Notes under the pieces: generated by a model
Database searches by the model: none
What the model saw: only the letters and a program-made list of their open reading frames with translations
What the model was told of the DNA's origin: nothing
Translations under genes and position numbers: made by a program
In this document: in pieces, positions 58,412-64,000 of the stretch
How positions within the stretch are numbered: the stretch's first letter is position 1
Layout: every line of letters starts with the position of its first letter
Origin: Pseudomonadota bacterium
Lineage (GTDB): Bacteria > Pseudomonadota > Alphaproteobacteria > Acetobacterales > Acetobacteraceae
Direction of reading: 5' to 3'
DNA: 64,000 nt
Assembly: GCA_021780035.1 (NCBI GenBank)
Contig: JAJXZO010000075.1
Location: 11,483 to 75,482 of the forward strand

Positions 58412-61060
58412 ATGCCCGCATCCGCCCGTCCGGCCGCGCCCCCCGCGCCCTTATCCGCCAAAGGGGCCACCCCCGCCATGGCGCAGTGGTTCGCCGCCAA
58501 GGAGGCGTTTCCCGATGCGCTGGTGTTCTTTCGCATGGGCGATTTCTACGAGCTGTTCTTCGCCGACGCGGAGGCGGCCGCCACCGTGCTCGACATCGCC
58601 CTCACCCATCGCGGCGAGCACGCGGGCGAACCGATCCCTATGTGCGGCGTGCCGGTACACGCCGCCGAAGCCTACCTCGCCAGGCTGATCCGCCGCGGCT
58701 TTCGCGTCGCCGTGGCCGAACAGCTCGACGACCCGAAGACGCACACCGCCAAGACTCCGCTCCGGCGCAAGGTAGTGCGCCTCGTCACTCCGGGCACGCT
58801 GACCGAGGAAACCCTGCTGGAGGCGGGCAGGCCCAACCTCCTGCTCTCTCTGGCTGAGTCCGGCGCAACGCTCGGCGCGGCGTGGCTCGACGTGTCCACA
58901 GGCCGCTTCGAGACCCAGGTCGTCGACAAGGTCGCCCTTCCCTCCCTGCTCGGCCGGCTGGAACCGGCGGAGATCCTCGCGCCCGCCGGCATGGTGGGGG
59001 AACCGTGGGCGGCGCATCAGAGCCGCCCACCCGCCGCGTCGGCACCCGAGGCGGCGCGGCTGGCGCTCGGCCGCGCCTTCGACGCCGCCAGCCTCGACGT
59101 CTTCGGCAACTTCACCGACGCCGAGGCGGTGGCGGCGGCAACCGCACTCGACTACGTGCGCCGCACGGCCGCCGGCCAATTGCCGCGCCTCGCCCCGCCG
59201 CTGCCGCTCGGTTCCGGCGGCCGGCTGGAACTCGACGCCGCCACGCGCACGAGCCTCGAGATCCTGCGCGCCCGCGACGGCACCGCCACCCACACGCTAC
59301 TCGCCGCCGTCGGATGCACGCTGACTGCGCCCGGCGCTCGCCTGCTCGCCGACGATCTCACCGCGCCGCTCGCCGAAACAACGGCCATCGCCCGCCGCCA
59401 GAACGACTGGTCGTGGCTGCTCGCCAACGACGGCGCTGCGGAACAACTGCGGGCGGCGCTCCGGCATTGCCCGGACATGGCCCGCGCCCTGGGCCGGCTT
59501 TCGCTGGGCCGCGGCGGCCCGCGCGACCTCGGCGCGCTGCGCGACGGTCTCGCCACCGCCGAGGCCACCCAGGCTGCGCTCGCGGGGCCGCTGCCTACGG
59601 GCCTCGCCGGCCACCGCGCCCTGCTCGCGCCCGCCCCGTCGCTGTTGGCGCGGCTCCGGGCGGCGTTGCCAGAGCTTGTGCCGCTCCGGCTCGAAGACGG
59701 TGCCATCGCCCAGGGCTTCGATGCCACGCTCGATTCGCTCCGCGAGCTTGCCACCGACAGCCGCCGGGCGATCGCCGCCACACAGGCGGAATACGCCCGC
59801 CGCTACAACGTGCCGAACCTAAAGATCCGCCATCACGCGCAGCTCGGCTACGTCATCGAGGTGCCGGCAACGGCGGCCGAGGCGCTGCGCGCCGAGCCTT
59901 CGCTCACGCTCCGGCAGGGGATGGCGAACGGCGCGCGCTTCACCTCCGCCGAACTTTCCGAACTCGACCGGCGCATCGTCGAGGCCGCGGATCGCGCCAT
60001 GCAGCGTGAGCGCGCGTTGTTCGCCGAACTGGTGGCGTCGGTCCTCGCCGCCGCCGAGGCGCTCGCCGCCGCCGCCGAGGCGCTCGCCCGGATCGATGTG
60101 GCGCTTTCCGCGGCCACCCTCGCCGGCAATGGCGCATGGTGCCGGCCCGAAGTGGCCGAAGGTCTCGATTTCGTAATCGAGGCAGGACGCCACCCGGTGG
60201 TGGAGGCGGCGCTGCCCCCCGGCGAAGCCTTCGTGCCGAACCACGCCGACCTTTCCCCCGGCAAGCGGCTGATGCTGCTCACCGGCCCCAACATGGCCGG
60301 CAAATCCACCTACCTGCGGCAGAACGCGCTGCTGGTGCTGCTGGCGCAGGCGGGACAGCCGGTGCCGGCGGAGCGCATGCGTCTCGGCCTCGTGGACCGG
60401 CTGTTCTCGCGCGTCGGCGCCGCCGACGACCTCGCGCGCGGGCGCAGCACCTTCATGATGGAAATGATGGAGACGGCCGCCATCCTGCACCAGGCGGGAC
60501 CGCAAAGCCTGGTGGTGCTGGACGAGATCGGCCGCGGCACCGCCACGCTCGACGGGCTGGCGATCGCCTGGGCGGCGCTGGAGGCGCTGCACAACGTCGT
60601 CCGCTGCCGGGTGATGTTCGCCACCCATTTCCATGAACTCGCCGGGCTCACCGCCGAGCTGCCGCGGCTGTCGCCGCACACCATGCGCGTGAAAGAGTGG
60701 AAGGGCGGCGTGGTGTTCCTGCACGAGGTGGCGCCGGGGGCGGCGAACCGCAGCTGGGGCGTGCACGTGGCGGCGCTGGCGGGCGTGCCCGCCCCGGTGG
60801 TGCGCCGCGCCGCAGCGCTTCTCGCGGCGCTCGAGGAGCGGGCCGGCAACCTGACCGCCGCCGCCGCCCTGCCGCTGTTCGCCGCCGCCGCTCCGCCGCC
60901 CGCCGCCGAGGCGCCGTCCGAACCGCTGCTGGAGGCACTGGCAGCGCTCGACCCCGACCGGCTCACCCCGCGCGAGGCGCTGGAGGCGCTCTATCACCTC
61001 CGCACGATGCTGCCATCGCCGCTGCCCGTTGTCGCGGCCGGCAACAAGCCGCTAACATGA
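58412..61060 (+). CDS. mutS: DNA mismatch repair protein MutS
   Basis: TPAMAQW, FFRMGDFYELF, PMCGVP, TGPNMAGKSTYLRQ, STFMMEM, DEIGRG, ATHFHEL. Confidence 0.98.
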   Translation: MPASARPAAPPAPLSAKGATPAMAQWFAAKEAFPDALVFFRMGDFYELFFADAEAAATVLDIALTHRGEHAGEPIPMCGVPVHAAEAYLARLIRRGFRVAVAEQLDDPKTHTAKTPLRRKVVRLVTPGTLTEETLLEAGRPNLLLSLAESGATLGAAWLDVSTGRFETQVVDKVALPSLLGRLEPAEILAPAGMVGEPWAAHQSRPPAASAPEAARLALGRAFDAASLDVFGNFTDAEAVAAATALDYVRRTAAGQLPRLAPPLPLGSGGRLELDAATRTSLEILRARDGTATHTLLAAVGCTLTAPGARLLADDLTAPLAETTAIARRQNDWSWLLANDGAAEQLRAALRHCPDMARALGRLSLGRGGPRDLGALRDGLATAEATQAALAGPLPTGLAGHRALLAPAPSLLARLRAALPELVPLRLEDGAIAQGFDATLDSLRELATDSRRAIAATQAEYARRYNVPNLKIRHHAQLGYVIEVPATAAEALRAEPSLTLRQGMANGARFTSAELSELDRRIVEAADRAMQRERALFAELVASVLAAAEALAAAAEALARIDVALSAATLAGNGAWCRPEVAEGLDFVIEAGRHPVVEAALPPGEAFVPNHADLSPGKRLMLLTGPNMAGKSTYLRQNALLVLLAQAGQPVPAERMRLGLVDRLFSRVGAADDLARGRSTFMMEMMETAAILHQAGPQSLVVLDEIGRGTATLDGLAIAWAALEALHNVVRCRVMFATHFHELAGLTAELPRLSPHTMRVKEWKGGVVFLHEVAPGAANRSWGVHVAALAGVPAPVVRRAAALLAALEERAGNLTAAAALPLFAAAAPPPAAEAPSEPLLEALAALDPDRLTPREALEALYHLRTMLPSPLPVVAAGNKPLT

Positions 61061-63897
61061 CCCGAATGTCCGGCTCCCCCTCTGGCTTTCCGTCCGATCC
61101 GGCCGCCGCCACCCAGCAGCTGCGGGAGCGGCTCGCTTCCCTCGCCGCCGAGAACGGGGCAACGCTGCCGCGCGATGCCGCCCTCGGCGCCTTCCGTCGC
61201 CACCTCGGTCGCTTCCAGGCGCATATGCGGGAAAGTTTCGAGGCCGGCGAGATGAGCGGCATGGTGGCCGCCCGCCGCCTCGCGGCGCTGAACGACGGGC
61301 TGATCGCCGCGCTGTTCGCCTATGCGCAGTCGCTGCGACCGCACGCCGAGGAAACCGGCGGCGAGGCGGAGCGGATGGCGCTCGCCGCCACCGGCGGCTA
61401 CGGGCGCGGCGAGCTGGCCCCCTTCAGCGACATCGACCTTCTGTTCCTCACCGCCAACGAGCCGAGCCCGAGCTCGCTTCGGACGGTCGAGTTCATGCTC
61501 TATTTTCTCTGGGATCTCGGGCTGAAGATCGGCCACGCCACCCGCTCGGTGGCGGAATGCCTGAGCGAGGCGGGCGGCGATCTCACCATCCTCACCTCGC
61601 TCCTCGATGCCCGGCTGATCACCGGCGATCCCGAGCTGTACTCCCTGTTCCAGAAACGCTTCCGCGAGGCCTGCGACGAGGCCGGCGCCGCCGCCTTCAT
61701 CGCGGCGAAACAGGAGGAACGCACCGAGCGCCACCACCGCTTCGGCGAATCGCCGTTCCTGGTCGAGCCCAACATCAAGGAAGGCCGCGGCGGGCTGCGC
61801 GACCTACAAACGCTGCACTGGCTGTCCCGCTACGCGTTCGGCACCACCGAGATCAGCGAGCTCACGAACCCCGACGGACCCGCGGGACCGCTGCTGGTCG
61901 AGACGGAGGCGCGGCTCGCCCGCCGCTCGCTGGACTTCCTGTGGACCGTCCGCTTCCACCTCCACTACATCTCCGACCGTGCCGAGGAACGCCTCACCTT
62001 CGATCTGCAGCCGGTGGTGGGCGCGCGCATGGGCTACACTCCGCACGGTCGCCAGGACGGGGTGGAGCGCTTCATGCGCCACTATTTTCTTACCGCGCGC
62101 GAGGTGGCCCGCCTCACCACGGTGCTGGAGCCGGCGCTGGTGCGTGCCGCGCTCGGCCCGCCGGCCCGGCCGATCCAGACCGACGCGCAGCTGTTCGAAG
62201 CCGGCTTCATCCTGGCCGACAACAAGCTGATGAGCGCCAAGGGCCACGAGTTCTACGTGGAACCGCTGCAGATGCTGCGCATCCTGCAGGTCTCGCGCGA
62301 CCGCGCCCTCGCCCTGCACCCGCTCGCCATGCGCGCGCTGATCCGCCACGAGCGCCGCGCCGTGGAATTGCGCGACAATCCGGCGGCGGCGGCGATATTC
62401 CTCGAGCTGCTGAGCGGCCGCGACCAGAGCGGCGAGCCTGACGGCGCCGTGTGGCTCAAGGTGCTGAACGAGACCGGCATCCTCGGCCGGCTGCTGCCCG
62501 ACTGGGCGCGCATCGTCGGGCAGATGCAGTTCGACACCTACCACGTGTTTACCGTCGACGAGCACACGATCGAGGCGATCCGCGTGCTTAACACGCTGGA
62601 GATGGGCGACCTTTCGGAAATCGCCCCCGTCGCCTCGGACCTCGTGACCAACCTGCAGTCGCGCCGCGCTCTCTATGTGGCGCTGCTGCTGCACGATGTT
62701 GCCAAAGGCCGCGGCGGCGATCATTCCGAACTCGGCGCCGAATTGGCGCAGAGCGTCGGGCCGCAACTCGGCCTTTCCGCCGAGGAGACTGAGACCGTCT
62801 CCTGGCTGGTGCTGCACCACCTGTTGCTGAGCCAGACCGCCTTCCGCCGCGACATCGACGACCCGAAGACCATCCTCGACATCGCCGAGGTGATCCAGTC
62901 GCCGGAGCGTCTGCGGTTGCTGCTCGTGCTCACCGTGGCCGACATGCGGGCTGTCTCGCCCAAGGTGTGGAACGGCTGGAAGGCCACGCTGCTGCGCGAA
63001 TTGTACGCGCGGGTGGCCGAGGTATTGGCGGGCGGACTGTCCACCGCCGAGCGCGACGTGCGCGTCGACCGTGCCAAGCAGGCAGCGGCGCTGCTGCTGG
63101 ACGACTGGCCGAAAGAAGCGCGCGAACAGTTCCTGGCGCTTGGCTACGGCGCCTATTGGCTCGGGTTCGACCCCGAGACACACGCCCGCCACGCCCGCAT
63201 GATCCGCGACGCCGACGCGAAGAACATGCCGCTCACCGTGCAGATGCAGCCTTTGCCGCTGCGCGCGGTGACCGAAGTAACTGTCTATGCCGCCGACCAC
63301 GCCGGGCTGTTCAGCCAGATCGCTGGCGCGCTGGCGGTGGCCGGCGCCTCTATCGTCGATGCGCGCATCCACACACTCACCAACGGTATGGCGCTCGACA
63401 CCTTCTGGGTGCAGGACGCCGCCGGTGGCACCTTCGATTCGCCGCAAAGGCTCTCGCGGCTCTACGGGCTGATTGAGCAGGCGCTAGTAGGCCGGCTCAA
63501 GCTTTCCGCGGAAATCAGAAAGATCTCCAAGGCGTTACTGGGGCGGCGGATGCGCGCCATCCATGTGCCGCCCCGGGTGTTGGTGGATAACCACGCATCG
63601 AACACTCACACGGTGCTGGAAGTGAACGGGCGCGACCGACCAGGGCTACTGTACGATATCACCGCCGCCATCAGTGAGCAGGGACTGCAGATCGCGTCTG
63701 CTCACGTCAGCACGTACGGCGTGCGCGCAGTGGATGTGTTCTACGTGAAGGACGTGTTCGGCCTGAAGGTCGAGAACGAACGCAAGCTGCAGCAGTTGCG
63801 TGAGGCACTGCTGGAGGCGCTGGCAAGCCCCGAGGATGCGCCGCCCCCGCCCCCACCGCCGCTCACCCAGCGCCGCCGCGCCCTCGGCATCGGCTGA
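61057..63897 (+). CDS. glnD: [Protein-PII] uridylyltransferase GlnD
   Basis: GGYGRGELAPFSDIDL, EPNIKEGRGGLRDL, HVFTVDEH, LLHDVAKG, two ACT domains. The track's longer N-terminus overlaps mutS and is discounted. Confidence 0.97.
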   Translation: MTRMSGSPSGFPSDPAAATQQLRERLASLAAENGATLPRDAALGAFRRHLGRFQAHMRESFEAGEMSGMVAARRLAALNDGLIAALFAYAQSLRPHAEETGGEAERMALAATGGYGRGELAPFSDIDLLFLTANEPSPSSLRTVEFMLYFLWDLGLKIGHATRSVAECLSEAGGDLTILTSLLDARLITGDPELYSLFQKRFREACDEAGAAAFIAAKQEERTERHHRFGESPFLVEPNIKEGRGGLRDLQTLHWLSRYAFGTTEISELTNPDGPAGPLLVETEARLARRSLDFLWTVRFHLHYISDRAEERLTFDLQPVVGARMGYTPHGRQDGVERFMRHYFLTAREVARLTTVLEPALVRAALGPPARPIQTDAQLFEAGFILADNKLMSAKGHEFYVEPLQMLRILQVSRDRALALHPLAMRALIRHERRAVELRDNPAAAAIFLELLSGRDQSGEPDGAVWLKVLNETGILGRLLPDWARIVGQMQFDTYHVFTVDEHTIEAIRVLNTLEMGDLSEIAPVASDLVTNLQSRRALYVALLLHDVAKGRGGDHSELGAELAQSVGPQLGLSAEETETVSWLVLHHLLLSQTAFRRDIDDPKTILDIAEVIQSPERLRLLLVLTVADMRAVSPKVWNGWKATLLRELYARVAEVLAGGLSTAERDVRVDRAKQAAALLLDDWPKEAREQFLALGYGAYWLGFDPETHARHARMIRDADAKNMPLTVQMQPLPLRAVTEVTVYAADHAGLFSQIAGALAVAGASIVDARIHTLTNGMALDTFWVQDAAGGTFDSPQRLSRLYGLIEQALVGRLKLSAEIRKISKALLGRRMRAIHVPPRVLVDNHASNTHTVLEVNGRDRPGLLYDITAAISEQGLQIASAHVSTYGVRAVDVFYVKDVFGLKVENERKLQQLREALLEALASPEDAPPPPPPPLTQRRRALGIG

Positions 63898-63906
63898 CGC
63901 GGCCAC

Positions 63907-63999
63907 TCAACATGTCGAGGCGTTGAGCGTCGCCATGAAGGCGGCAAGCAGCTTCGCCATCGTCGGCTTCTTGTAGGGATACATCTCCGCCGAATCGAG
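63907..63999 (-). CDS. C-terminal end of an unidentified CDS entering from the right edge
   Basis: Open frame LDSAEMYPYKKPTMAKLLAAFMATLNASTC-stop with high-GC codon usage, convergent with glnD. Confidence 0.45.
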   Translation of the reverse strand, partial: LDSAEMYPYKKPTMAKLLAAFMATLNASTC

Positions 64000-64000
64000 C

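Noticed and set aside
60697-61056. 120-aa N-terminal extension of GlnD in the ORF track
   Set aside because: It overlaps mutS in another frame; the ATGA junction at 61057 gives a normal-length GlnD.

Overview
High-GC alphaproteobacterial chromosome segment; gene content and order look Acetobacteraceae/Rhodospirillales-like (inference). Core loci, in order: ftsL-rsmH-mraZ with four MraZ boxes, rnpB, amidase/djlA, a tightly coupled queuosine cluster (VOC-yhhQ/VUT-queA-tgt-queF-queG), class I fumarase, sspB next to a two-piece permuted tmRNA (tag ANDNEALAVAA), thyX-thrC-M16-pmbA, gsiABCD plus three peptidases (DmpA, M55 DppA, IaaA), asd, sdhCDAB, nitrilase, NAD kinase, ctrA divergent from fliI-fliJ, a methyltransferase-glycosyltransferase fusion, maeB, aroK-aroB, mutS and glnD. 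The most unusual part is a ~16.5 kb quinate/shikimate-themed region (41.7-58.0 kb). Its QuiC1-like 3-dehydroshikimate dehydratase has Q and N at two metal-ligand positions that are normally E and D. The neighbouring AroB domain has Tyr in place of a catalytic His. The region also carries a YdiB plus type I AroD pair and a nine-gene run that combines ShiA/TRAP uptake with a ThDP enzyme, a CoA-acylating aldehyde dehydrogenase and an HMG-CoA-lyase-family enzyme. Together these suggest a possible non-aromatic route for quinate/shikimate breakdown and/or salvage. All family assignments come from motif recognition and recalled reference sequences; no database searches were run. No CRISPR array, rRNA, tRNA or transposase was seen.
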